The notes: a model not told the origin generated them from the letters alone. Counted from the first letter of the stretch, positions 15,966-25,341 are shown. The stretch is 32,000 nucleotides of DNA from Candidatus Saccharimonadota bacterium (GCA_002421785.1 DIRZ01000002.1:120001-152000); one strand, 5' to 3'. Numbers and translations: made by a program.

Positions 15966-16590
15966 TTGTTTAGTCAGAGTACCTATTTTTCAACACCTGA
16001 GCAGTGATGACATGGAGCATATTCATCAGTTCATCCGCCCAAAGCGCTTTGCTAAAGGCGAGTTTGTTCAACTGGCTAGTCATTATAACCCGGAATTACT
16101 GATACTTAACCGTGGCAATGTCAAAGTCTACCGCGGAGATGAAACCGGCACCGAGCAAGTTATCCGCTTGCTTCAGCCGGGCGACTATCTTGGAGAGGCT
16201 GCCGTATTTTCTGCACAAGCCGTCCAATACGATGCCGTGGCCCTAGAAGATTCAACCTTTTGCTCGCTCAGCAAAGATTATCTACATCAGATACTCCGCG
16301 GCAACCCAGAGCTGGCTATCAAGATCCTTGGCGACATGAGCCAGCGTCTACAGTCAGCCGAAACACAGCTCGAGTCACTTGGGCAAAAACCAGCTGAGCA
16401 AAGGCTCTTGAACGCCTTGCGCGCGTATGCTGGTGGTCAGACAACCTTCACCCTACGTATCAGTAAAAAAGACCTGGCCAGCCAAATCGGTGTTCGTCCT
16501 GAGACGCTGAGCAGACACCTTAGTCGTCTTCAGAAGAATAATCTAATACATGTAGATCACAAAACCATTACTTTTCTTTCGCCAAAATAA
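15958..16590 (+). CDS. Crp/Fnr-family transcriptional regulator
   Basis: An N-terminal cNMP-binding-type beta-roll (GDYLGEAAVF) and a C-terminal HTH (KKDLASQIGVRPETLSRHLSRLQKNNLI). The ATG overlaps the ATPase stop by 8 nt. Confidence 0.85.
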   Translation: MHSCLVRVPIFQHLSSDDMEHIHQFIRPKRFAKGEFVQLASHYNPELLILNRGNVKVYRGDETGTEQVIRLLQPGDYLGEAAVFSAQAVQYDAVALEDSTFCSLSKDYLHQILRGNPELAIKILGDMSQRLQSAETQLESLGQKPAEQRLLNALRAYAGGQTTFTLRISKKDLASQIGVRPETLSRHLSRLQKNNLIHVDHKTITFLSPK

Positions 16591-16612
16591 AACCTGCGAC
16601 TCAGTAGTATAT

Positions 16613-16639
16613 TTCTTGGCTCCCCATACTGGTCACGAA
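16613..16639. repeat. Intergenic repeat, family A, copy 4 (diverged)
   Basis: TTCTTGGCTCCCCATACTGGTCACGAA. It also shares GCGAGACAnA further right with copy 1. Confidence 0.7.
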
Positions 16640-16777
16640 CTTTTTAACGGGGGTAAAGCGAGACAAATGAAACACGAGAAGGCATATTTTCAGTTTGCAT
16701 CTAATAGACTAAATTTTTAGAATCTAAGCGTCTTCACATTTTCGTCTTCCATTATGGTCTATGCGTTTCTATCCTGA

Positions 16778-18400
16778 TTAATTAAGCATGTCTTTCTTTT
16801 CATCGAGAAATGTCACCCATTGTCGAGCTCGGCGTAGCACTGTTTTAATGGGCAGCTCTATCGCAAAGTCTAATATAACTGCGATGATGTTGAATCTTGA
16901 ATAAGTACCCGATATCCAGCGGCCAAGCAGAATGAACGGGGTGTATATAAAGTCCCGAATAAAACCAGCGATTGTCTGGTTCGTTTGGATTAGTTCCAGA
17001 TCTTTAATGATTAACGATAAACGATACCCTAAGAATGTGGCCGTCGAAAGGAAAATGAAGAAAATAATTCCCTGAACTATATTGAATCCCCATCCGGAGA
17101 GACGCCAGGCAAACCAGATGAATATTGCCACAGAGAAAAAGGAGTAAAGAATGCCGAGCGTCCGGGAGTTTGATGTGTTCATGCCTTTACTTGCTCCACT
17201 GGCCCGGACACCTTGACGCTCATATATAGTCATGTCAATATACTCTCGCAGTGCCTCGGTATTACGTGGCCCCGGAACCTTAAGTGTAAAACGTTGAATA
17301 ACCATGAACAATGGCGGTGCTAGCAAATTAATGGCGAGTGGCAGCAGCAGTATCTCGCCGTAAAGCCACAAATCAAACGGTACTTCTATGGCGACGCCGA
17401 TTAGAACTTTGGTAATGATAAGAAAGACGATACTGCGTACGATGCCGTTGTTCAGCTTGCTCTGAGCAAGCTCATATTGCTGGCGTGCCGTTCTCTCGAT
17501 ATGCGCTAAAAACGCTTGTTTCTTATATAGTACGTCGGGCTTATTTTTATCTTCGTCAAAGAAAGCCGCGCGTAGAATTCGTAGAGGCGCTCCGATCTTA
17601 TTCACCAATGCATTAGCTACTTTTGCCTCTTTATCATCGGAAATCCGTTCAAAATCTTGATTAAGACGAATGAACGCTTCAGTCGAATCGTTCACCCTGT
17701 ACGTACGAACGAGGACAGCTCTAGCCATTGCTTTATCGGCTTTGATTATATTTTTGAGAATAGCGGCATAATACATGAGTGCTATTTCATTTACGTGCAG
17801 ACTTTCGTGACTGATGTTATATTCCTTTAGCTTGCCGAGAACATGAGAATGAGCATAATGCATAAACGCGAATAGGTAGGAAGGATCGCTAAAGACCCAT
17901 TCGCATTCCACCGACATGACATCAAGAATCCATGTACGGGCTTCACCGTCTGAGGGTTTCAAATACCGCATCTCATCATACATATGACGATACGCCCGGA
18001 TGATTTTCGTAGCTTCCTTTATTTGGGTGGTCGTTACGGCATCTTGAGGCAAATAGCCACCGTGGGTAAGCTCAATCACCATCTCTTCCGTTAAATTGTC
18101 GTGATTGTTGCGGACGTCGACAAATAGATTTCGATAGAGATATCGCCTGATCGCCCGCTGCAACAGAAGGTGTTGCTCGGTATTTTCCGTCGTATTTCGG
18201 AGCTTTTCATATGCTCCCCCGATAAGCTTTCCTATGTTTGAGACATGGTACACATCGCCAGCCAGTGTCTTCTTTCGCTCCTCGCTGCTTCGTGCTGCAT
18301 ACTCCAGCATCTGGTACAGTAACATACCATCTTCACTGAGTGCTGTTTGGGTATTTTCGGCGACTTGAGCCCTGGAAAAGTCATATAAAGGATTTTTCAT
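16778..18400 (-). CDS. Large membrane protein of unknown function (about 330-aa soluble N-terminal region plus C-terminal TM helices)
   Basis: ATG 18400 (MKNPLYDF) was chosen because the ORF-track start at 18574 overlaps the divergent MMPL gene. Several long hydrophobic segments occur in the C-terminal 200 aa. Confidence 0.6.
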   Translation of the reverse strand: MKNPLYDFSRAQVAENTQTALSEDGMLLYQMLEYAARSSEERKKTLAGDVYHVSNIGKLIGGAYEKLRNTTENTEQHLLLQRAIRRYLYRNLFVDVRNNHDNLTEEMVIELTHGGYLPQDAVTTTQIKEATKIIRAYRHMYDEMRYLKPSDGEARTWILDVMSVECEWVFSDPSYLFAFMHYAHSHVLGKLKEYNISHESLHVNEIALMYYAAILKNIIKADKAMARAVLVRTYRVNDSTEAFIRLNQDFERISDDKEAKVANALVNKIGAPLRILRAAFFDEDKNKPDVLYKKQAFLAHIERTARQQYELAQSKLNNGIVRSIVFLIITKVLIGVAIEVPFDLWLYGEILLLPLAINLLAPPLFMVIQRFTLKVPGPRNTEALREYIDMTIYERQGVRASGASKGMNTSNSRTLGILYSFFSVAIFIWFAWRLSGWGFNIVQGIIFFIFLSTATFLGYRLSLIIKDLELIQTNQTIAGFIRDFIYTPFILLGRWISGTYSRFNIIAVILDFAIELPIKTVLRRARQWVTFLDEKKDMLN

Positions 18401-18467
18401 TTCACACCCAAGTATAGTATTATAAGGAATATAAGTCCAAAAAAATAAACGCATCGGAGAGTAGATA

Positions 18468-20738
18468 ATGTCTGAGTTTTTGCATCGGTTAGGGTTATTT
18501 TCATTCAAGCATAGGTGGATAGTATTAAGTAGCTGGCTTGTCATCGCCGCTGCCGTTATCGCTCTGATGTTCACCTATATGCAACCCGCCTCGGATGAGA
18601 TTTCCATCCCCGGTACTGAAGCCCAGACTACGATCGACAAAGTTGGTGAACTATTCTCCGGTGCCAACGGCGGTACGGGTCGAATTGTCTTTGAAGTTCC
18701 CAAAGGCAAGACGATCGACGACTATCGCCCTGCAATCGAAGCGACACTGAACGAGGCAGCCAAGGCAAAAGATGTCGAACAAGTTGTTAGTCCGTTCATG
18801 TTCCCACAAGCAGTATCCGATGATCGTACCATCGCCTATGCTCAACTGCAGCTTGGTGTCAGCCGAAACAACGTAAGTGATACGACAGCGGAGCAAGTAA
18901 CAGCCTCTCTCGACACTTCCCGTAATGCGGGCGTTACAACTGAGGCAGGGGGTGACATTGTACGCCTTGCACCAGATCAAATATTGGGAATCGGTGAGGT
19001 ACTAGGTGTGATCGTGGCCGCTGTAGTGTTAATGGTCATGTTCAAAACCGTACTCGCGGCTGGTCTACCACTCATGGTTGCCCTCTTTACGTTAGCCGTA
19101 GGGGTCGGGAGTATTTTTGCCCTGAGTGGCGTCGTGGAGATCAACGCGACAACACCCGTGTTAGCCGTGATGCTCGGACTGGCCGTCGGGATAGATTATT
19201 CCTTGTTTATACTCTCACGCTATCGAAGCTACGTACTTGAAGGTGACGATCCCGAAACCGCCATCGCGACTGCGATCGGGACGGCCGGCAATGCCGTCAT
19301 CTTTGCCGCCATAACGGTCGTTATTGCTCTTTCCGCGTTATCTGTCATACAGATTCCACTTCTAACCACCATGGGGCTTGCGGCCGCCGGAACAGTTGCT
19401 GTAGCTGGGATTGCAGCCGTCACTCTCCTGCCTGCATTAACCGGTTTTTTGGGGGGGCGTATTCTTAGTAAAAAAAGCCGCTTGTCTCACCATTCATCGG
19501 CTGGTCATCATGAAGTCCATGTTGATCACGCCTCACCTTGGTACAAAACGGGCCGTTTTATTTCTCACCGGCCGATAACGGTTATCATTCTAGCTGTCGT
19601 GTTGCTTGCTGGATTGGCGTATCCGCTCACAGATCTGCGACTTGGTCTACCAACCGACGAATATGCGGCGACCGATACGACACAACGAAAAGCCTATGAC
19701 ATATTGAGCCGTGGATTTGGTCCAGGCTTCAATGGGCCACTGCTAGTGCTGGCCGAAGGAATTGAGGAACCGACCGAGCAGGAGGTTCAGCAGACCGCGC
19801 AGGCGTTGGCCACCGGTCAGCTGCAGCTTCCGCCAGCTGCTCAACAGCTCTCCTCGGGAGACTCCGGTCAGCAGGACCCGATGCAGCTCAGCTCCACGTT
19901 AGTAGCGTACGGCAATGTACAGGACATTGCGACTCGCATCTCAAAGCTTTCCGGAGTTACCGAAGTCACTCCAGCGGCGGTTTCGGATGATGGTACCTCA
20001 GCTCTGCTACAAGTCATACCATCAACTGGGCCATCAGACGAAGCGACGGTGGATTTAATCCGCACACTCCGTAATGAAACGATAAACCAGCAAGGCGACG
20101 CGATTGACTTGTCAGTTACCGGCACTACTGCTATTCAGATTGATATCGATCAAAAGATGCTTAATTCGTTATTGCCATACCTTGGAATAACCGTCGGATT
20201 ATCATTCATTATTCTCCTTGTAGCCTTCCGTTCCATCCTGGTGCCACTCAAGGCAACGCTTGGGTTCATACTGTCAGTCGGCGCCATGTTCGGCGCACTC
20301 GTTATGGTATTCCAGTGGGGTATATTCGGCATATTCGAACCGGCACCAATCATTAGCTTCCTGCCGATTATCGGACTCGGTATCCTGTTTGGCCTGGCGA
20401 TGGATTATGAGTTCTTCATGACGTCTAGCATCCGCGAAGCTTATGTAAAAACCAAAGACGGCAGACAATCAGTAAAGGACGGGTTCTCACTCGGCGCGAA
20501 AGTTGTTACCGCCGCCGCCATTATCATGGTTTCAGTGTTCGGTGGCTTCATGTTCAGTCATGACGACATCATCAAACAGGTCGGGTTCGGCCTGGCCTTC
20601 GGTATCCTTATCGACGCCTTCGTTATCCGTATGGCCGTCGGGCCAGCCGTGATGTCACTGCTCGGCGATAAGGCATGGCGCATTCCTAAGTGGCTCAGCC
20701 GTATCATTCCGCGTATTTCTATCGAGGGCAAAGAGTAG
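18468..20738 (+). CDS. MMPL-family (RND superfamily) transporter
   Basis: The 756-aa protein has two blocks of about 6 TM helices, each preceded by a large soluble loop, and a typical N-terminus (...RLGLFSFKHRWIVLSSWLVI...). Confidence 0.85.
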   Translation: MSEFLHRLGLFSFKHRWIVLSSWLVIAAAVIALMFTYMQPASDEISIPGTEAQTTIDKVGELFSGANGGTGRIVFEVPKGKTIDDYRPAIEATLNEAAKAKDVEQVVSPFMFPQAVSDDRTIAYAQLQLGVSRNNVSDTTAEQVTASLDTSRNAGVTTEAGGDIVRLAPDQILGIGEVLGVIVAAVVLMVMFKTVLAAGLPLMVALFTLAVGVGSIFALSGVVEINATTPVLAVMLGLAVGIDYSLFILSRYRSYVLEGDDPETAIATAIGTAGNAVIFAAITVVIALSALSVIQIPLLTTMGLAAAGTVAVAGIAAVTLLPALTGFLGGRILSKKSRLSHHSSAGHHEVHVDHASPWYKTGRFISHRPITVIILAVVLLAGLAYPLTDLRLGLPTDEYAATDTTQRKAYDILSRGFGPGFNGPLLVLAEGIEEPTEQEVQQTAQALATGQLQLPPAAQQLSSGDSGQQDPMQLSSTLVAYGNVQDIATRISKLSGVTEVTPAAVSDDGTSALLQVIPSTGPSDEATVDLIRTLRNETINQQGDAIDLSVTGTTAIQIDIDQKMLNSLLPYLGITVGLSFIILLVAFRSILVPLKATLGFILSVGAMFGALVMVFQWGIFGIFEPAPIISFLPIIGLGILFGLAMDYEFFMTSSIREAYVKTKDGRQSVKDGFSLGAKVVTAAAIIMVSVFGGFMFSHDDIIKQVGFGLAFGILIDAFVIRMAVGPAVMSLLGDKAWRIPKWLSRIIPRISIEGKE

Positions 20739-20750
20739 GCGGGAATAAAA

Positions 20751-21074
20751 ATGACCAAGCCACGCGAACAGTTCATTGAATGTTTACCAATATTCAATGC
20801 ACTCGGTGATCAAACAAGGCAAGCTATCCTCTTTCTGATTAACGAGGAAAAAGGATTGAATGTTCTGCAGATAGCAACCAAGATAGGCCTTTCCCGCCCG
20901 GCCGTTTCCCATCATCTGCGAGTACTGCAGGATGCAGGAATCATCGATCACCGAAAAGTAGGGCGAGAACGAATCTATTACTTCTCATTTGAGAAGGCCC
21001 TCAAAAAGATGAGTCGACTAGTACACTCTGTCGAAACATCTTGGCAGTCGCCAAAAACTAACCCCTCCACTTAG
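20751..21074 (+). CDS. ArsR/SmtB-family transcriptional regulator
   Basis: ALGDQTRQAILFLI...LNVLQIATKIGLSRPAVSHHLRVLQDAGII forms a winged HTH. It starts 12 nt after the MMPL stop. Confidence 0.85.
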   Translation: MTKPREQFIECLPIFNALGDQTRQAILFLINEEKGLNVLQIATKIGLSRPAVSHHLRVLQDAGIIDHRKVGRERIYYFSFEKALKKMSRLVHSVETSWQSPKTNPST

Positions 21075-22161
21075 CAAGACGCCTTCTATCGTCTATGCTT
21101 TCATAGGCCTTTACTCGCCCATTCAAGTATCCGAGCCGATATGAGATGCCGTCGCTCATGAGGCGCCAATTGGTGTCCTCGAGTGCGCTATCGACTAGCT
21201 TTTTCAATGTCTTTCTGCTGTCGTAGTCTTTTCGATCAGACTTACTGTCTAGGCAGCTGAACCCGACATATACATCTCGCCCCAATTCTGGTTTGTCGAG
21301 ATGGAATTCAATATACCCTTCCTTTTCGAGCGGTTCGGACAGTAGCGGGATAAGCTCGGCGATCTTTGGCGTTTTGATCTCTTTGACGGCATCATAGATA
21401 TGCTTGTTGTCACGCTTTTCTTGCATCTCTTTGCCCAGCTGAGCCATCCCTTCGAAGTCGCGCTTCATAGTAAATAGGCGATCGCGGAATTCTTTGTCGA
21501 CCAGGCAGAAGTGGATACGGTCTTCATCAAAATGAGGATCAGGCTCCTCTTCTTTGGTAGATAGATCCATTCTGTCCTTGAAGCAGTGATCACATGACGT
21601 ACATGTGTAGGTGATGGTAATCGCTTTTTTGGTCTTGCTTGTTTTATGTGTAACATCCGAGTTACATTTCGGACAGAGTGTCGGCTTTACCTCCCAGGCG
21701 GTACCGTCTTCCCAAAACGCACTGTTCTTCTCGCAGTGAGGACATTGAAGCATGAATAATACTTCTTTCGGGTCATCGATTTCGTAGTTTTCGCCTCGAT
21801 GCATCAGTGATTTGTCGGTAATTCGCAGGCCTTGCTTGCCGCAGTGATGGCAATATGGCTCTTCTAAGAGACGAGCATTCGCTATCCGCTCGTCCAAAGA
21901 TTCGTCACGAGCCATCCACTCGCCGATAGTTGATTCGCGTTTTTCGTAGCAGTGGATTAGTTCATTGCCAACGGTCTGCATGTAAAACACGTTTACAGCG
22001 AAAGCATTGCCCGGCTTATCGAGCTTCTCGCATTTCGGGAGCTTACTCTCAAATTCAGTGAGGAATTTATCGTAATGAACCATGCCACGACGAGCAGCTT
22101 CGATGGTGAGCCTATCGTAGAGATCTTCGTAATAATGGCGATCTTTGAGATGCGTGTACAT
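21058..22161 (-). CDS. Hypothetical protein with four CxxC pairs (two predicted zinc ribbons)
   Basis: CHHC, CPHC, CPKC and CTSC are clustered in the middle third of a 367-aa ORF. It lies 54 nt downstream of the FtsK-like gene. Confidence 0.6.
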   Translation of the reverse strand: MYTHLKDRHYYEDLYDRLTIEAARRGMVHYDKFLTEFESKLPKCEKLDKPGNAFAVNVFYMQTVGNELIHCYEKRESTIGEWMARDESLDERIANARLLEEPYCHHCGKQGLRITDKSLMHRGENYEIDDPKEVLFMLQCPHCEKNSAFWEDGTAWEVKPTLCPKCNSDVTHKTSKTKKAITITYTCTSCDHCFKDRMDLSTKEEEPDPHFDEDRIHFCLVDKEFRDRLFTMKRDFEGMAQLGKEMQEKRDNKHIYDAVKEIKTPKIAELIPLLSEPLEKEGYIEFHLDKPELGRDVYVGFSCLDSKSDRKDYDSRKTLKKLVDSALEDTNWRLMSDGISYRLGYLNGRVKAYESIDDRRRLAKWRG

Positions 22162-22215
22162 ACATCTATTTTACGCCTATAGCGATATAAAGCTGCTTAG
22201 CTAGAACAAGTGAGG

Positions 22216-23994
22216 CTATGGAAACGGATTTGATTCATGAGCGGTTTTGACCGCTTCTTCAAGCAGTTCGGGGTCGTTCATAATTTTATCCGCAATATCT
22301 TCGTATAGTCTTTGAGCTTCTTCTTCGCCAAGCTTTTCCTTCACAAGTCCCGGCACACCCATATTCGTAATCCTCGACTGCCACACTTTTACTAGTTGCC
22401 AACGCAGCTTTGCCTTCCAGCGAAAGCCTTTTTTGTAGTGATGCCCGACCTGAGCAGTAACAAAATATTCGAAGTCTTCCATAAGATCAGTCTTAACGAC
22501 TTCGTTATCAGTGTCTTTCACATCATTACCTTTCTGCATCGATTGCTGTGACCAGAAACTTGTCAACGATTCAACTTCTTTATCACTGATATAGGCCGCT
22601 TGAACTCGTTGCAATGAGCTGTTGGGACCCTCCCTAAAAAGAAGGTCGCCTTGACCAAGGAGTTTCTCCGCACCAGCCTCATCTAGCGTGGTCATGCTAT
22701 CTAATTTACTGGCCGTCACAAATGACCAATGCGTTGGCATACTAGTTTTTAATATGTCCGTGAATACATCAACGCTTGGGCGACTAGTTGAAAAGATAAG
22801 GTGTATTCCAAAATTATTAGCCTTGTTCGATATCTTTCTCACCACTTCCTCTACTCTTCTTCCATCGACCATCATAAGGTCTGAGAGTTCATCTGTGAGA
22901 ACGACTACATTAGGAAGATGCTCAGTGGCTATGCGGTTGAGCTCATCTATCGAACTTACATGGTAGTGGGCAAAGATATTTTCTCGTCGATCAACCTCTT
23001 TGCTCAACCAATCCAAGGCATCAGACCATTGCTCTGGCCTTTCAATTACTGGCATCAGTAGATGGGGCAGCTCTCGATAAGGCGCTAGCTCTACCTGTTT
23101 CGGGTCAACAAGCATCAACTTCAGTTCATCCGGATTGTTTCGGAATAACAGACTGGCAAGTATCGCATTACTCATGACTGATTTACCAGATCCAGTCTGT
23201 CCTGCAAATAATAAATGTCCTATTTTGGACAGGTCAGCAATAACTGGCTTTCCGTATAGATCTTTACCGACAGCAATGCTCAGCGGGCTCGTTGAATCTC
23301 GCCATTCCGTACTATCAAAAATACTGGCAAGCGGTACGTCCGCAGCCTTCACATTCGGAACTTCGATGGCAACAAAGCCATTACCAGAGGTTGCTTTTGT
23401 GATTCTGATTGAAATTGCTTGCAAATTCAAAGCTATATTTGACTCAAGCTGCATTATTTTTTCTGCTTGAACGTTTTCTGGAAGCTGCAGTACATATTGC
23501 GTCACTTTATGTGCGACATTTGCCTCAATAGCTTCAGCATTAATTCCAAATTCTGAAATAGTATCAATAATATTATTTGCAATCTGCTGAACGTCACCAG
23601 CATCCGCGCGACCAGCTACCGGCTCGCCTAATAGAGCTAACGAAGGAAGCTTCCATACTAGTTTGGTTTTACCCGTTGAGTCCGATGAATCGATCTGGCC
23701 GGCGTCTTGTGGCTGCGCGCCTTCTGTAGATACTCCAGTTATATAGTCCGATATGTTGGTGGGTGAAAAATCAATGTCATCGATGTCTACCTGTTTTAAC
23801 AAGCCCGTACTCTCGTTTATCATCCAGCCACCGCTCAAATGCATAGGCACACCAGTCGAACCGATAAAGTGATTTTTCCACTCCCCATCTTTTGACTTTT
23901 GTGGCAACCAAATCCCCGGCGGCTGTGCGGTTAATAGGCCATTCTCAAACAATTCCCTGAACTTCGATTCAACATTATCACTCATTGCTTCCAT
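22216..23994 (-). CDS. FtsK/SpoIIIE-family DNA translocase-like ATPase, soluble (no TM region and no recognisable gamma domain)
   Basis: The WKLPSLALL linker motif, FtsK alpha/beta-like region, Walker A GQTGSGKS, Walker B VVVLTDELSDLMM and RPSVDV are present. The N-terminal ~110 aa are hydrophilic and the C-terminal ~110 aa are unrelated to the winged-helix gamma domain. Confidence 0.8.
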   Translation of the reverse strand: MEAMSDNVESKFRELFENGLLTAQPPGIWLPQKSKDGEWKNHFIGSTGVPMHLSGGWMINESTGLLKQVDIDDIDFSPTNISDYITGVSTEGAQPQDAGQIDSSDSTGKTKLVWKLPSLALLGEPVAGRADAGDVQQIANNIIDTISEFGINAEAIEANVAHKVTQYVLQLPENVQAEKIMQLESNIALNLQAISIRITKATSGNGFVAIEVPNVKAADVPLASIFDSTEWRDSTSPLSIAVGKDLYGKPVIADLSKIGHLLFAGQTGSGKSVMSNAILASLLFRNNPDELKLMLVDPKQVELAPYRELPHLLMPVIERPEQWSDALDWLSKEVDRRENIFAHYHVSSIDELNRIATEHLPNVVVLTDELSDLMMVDGRRVEEVVRKISNKANNFGIHLIFSTSRPSVDVFTDILKTSMPTHWSFVTASKLDSMTTLDEAGAEKLLGQGDLLFREGPNSSLQRVQAAYISDKEVESLTSFWSQQSMQKGNDVKDTDNEVVKTDLMEDFEYFVTAQVGHHYKKGFRWKAKLRWQLVKVWQSRITNMGVPGLVKEKLGEEEAQRLYEDIADKIMNDPELLEEAVKTAHESNPFP

Positions 23995-24032
23995 TGTAGC
24001 TTACGCAACACCTAAGTTACAATTGGCTACAG

Positions 24033-24677
24033 ATGTCTGGCAGATACTCAAAAATAGAATGGCAAGAGACCATGAACGGCGTCACCATCGACTGCTCGCT
24101 CGATATTGCTATTCATCCTGCCGATAGTAAGGTTGTTTTGCTTACTGTGCCAGGTGTTGACGGGTCAATTGACGGGTACGAAAACAAATACGTGAGGATC
24201 GCTGATAGCGTCCAGGAACAGCACGGAACTGCAATCGTACGAATTGCAAATCCTTTCATTACGTCGTATCACTGGGAATCTAACATACGCCAGGCTGTCA
24301 ATTACATCCTCGTGAATACAGAAGAAATAACTGGCAACAAAGATGCTGAGATCCGTATTATGGCGCACTCTGCCGGTGCAGCTGTAGTGGCCCAGATAGC
24401 CTGGGAATACCCAGAGATTACTAGGTTACTATTGATCAATCCTGCCACAAAGCTCGGAATCGACAAGATACAATACGGCTTATCTGAATTCGACGGCAAC
24501 ATGATTACTGTTTTATTTGGAAGCGAAGACCCAAGCGTCGGTGACGTGGATGAAATCGCCAAACTTTCTATAGCCAAGCGTGTATATATGCACATTCTCG
24601 AAGGGGTTGATCATAACTTTTCTGGGGAGTCACTGGAAGCATTTATTGCTGCCCCGGCATTATATTTATTTGACTAA
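24033..24677 (+). CDS. Alpha/beta-fold hydrolase
   Basis: The nucleophile elbow is MAHSAGA, and later acidic and His residues (GVDHNF) fit the fold. The protein is 214 aa. Confidence 0.6.
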   Translation: MSGRYSKIEWQETMNGVTIDCSLDIAIHPADSKVVLLTVPGVDGSIDGYENKYVRIADSVQEQHGTAIVRIANPFITSYHWESNIRQAVNYILVNTEEITGNKDAEIRIMAHSAGAAVVAQIAWEYPEITRLLLINPATKLGIDKIQYGLSEFDGNMITVLFGSEDPSVGDVDEIAKLSIAKRVYMHILEGVDHNFSGESLEAFIAAPALYLFD

Positions 24678-24685
24678 ATAGGTAC

Positions 24686-25108
24686 TTATTTTAAATCTTT
24701 TTCAACGATCGACTTTAGAAGTTTTAGTTCATGCACCATTTGATCCGGATATTTAGCTAAAATAACCTCAATCCACGAATTGAATACTCCGTGCTCGTGG
24801 AGATCAATCCTCTCGCCGCTAAAGCAGTCGTCGTCGAACCACAGAAATGGTTTCGTAAAGTCGATCGCTTCAGTTTTCTTCAAGCTCCAAGTGACTGGCT
24901 TAAACTTTTTCAGCCATGGTCGTATATCTTCATCACTTCCACGTTGCAGATATTCTATTGCATGGTCGGTCGACCCGTCCATGCAATGGGTTGTTAACCA
25001 ATATACTTCGAAGTTATCTGCGGCATATTTTATAAACTCAGCCGCACCAATAGCCAAGTTCTCTTCATTTGCCAGTAGCACCCCGTCAATATCAACGTAT
25101 ATATTCAT
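24686..25108 (-). CDS. Small capless HAD-superfamily phosphatase-like protein
   Basis: Motif I DIDGVL, motif II LTTH and motif IV WFDDD are present. ATG 25108 lies 4 nt after the upstream stop. The ORF-track start at 25201 overlaps the Zn-ribbon gene. Confidence 0.65.
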   Translation of the reverse strand: MNIYVDIDGVLLANEENLAIGAAEFIKYAADNFEVYWLTTHCMDGSTDHAIEYLQRGSDEDIRPWLKKFKPVTWSLKKTEAIDFTKPFLWFDDDCFSGERIDLHEHGVFNSWIEVILAKYPDQMVHELKLLKSIVEKDLK

Positions 25109-25112
25109 AATT

Positions 25113-25340
25113 TTACCTGCCGTGTAACTCCTCGTCGATAGAGCGTCGTGCCTTAGTGTCGAAATCAGTTTCACAGTCATTACAGTGGCGATTTGGATCA
25201 TCGAAAGATACTACACATCCACCAAAATGTACGCGTCCTGCATTGGCCTCGGCCTCGAGCTTTTCATCCACGGCGGGTTCTCCATACATGATACGGCAAG
25301 TATTCGAAGAGTTGCAGTTTGGACATTTTATTCGTGGCAT
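25113..25340 (-). CDS. Small zinc-ribbon protein (75 aa)
   Basis: CPNC...CNDC forms a four-Cys ribbon. AAGGAG lies 8 nt upstream, and the ATG is 1 nt after the DUF2779 stop. Confidence 0.6.
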   Translation of the reverse strand: MPRIKCPNCNSSNTCRIMYGEPAVDEKLEAEANAGRVHFGGCVVSFDDPNRHCNDCETDFDTKARRSIDEELHGR

Positions 25341-25341
25341 A

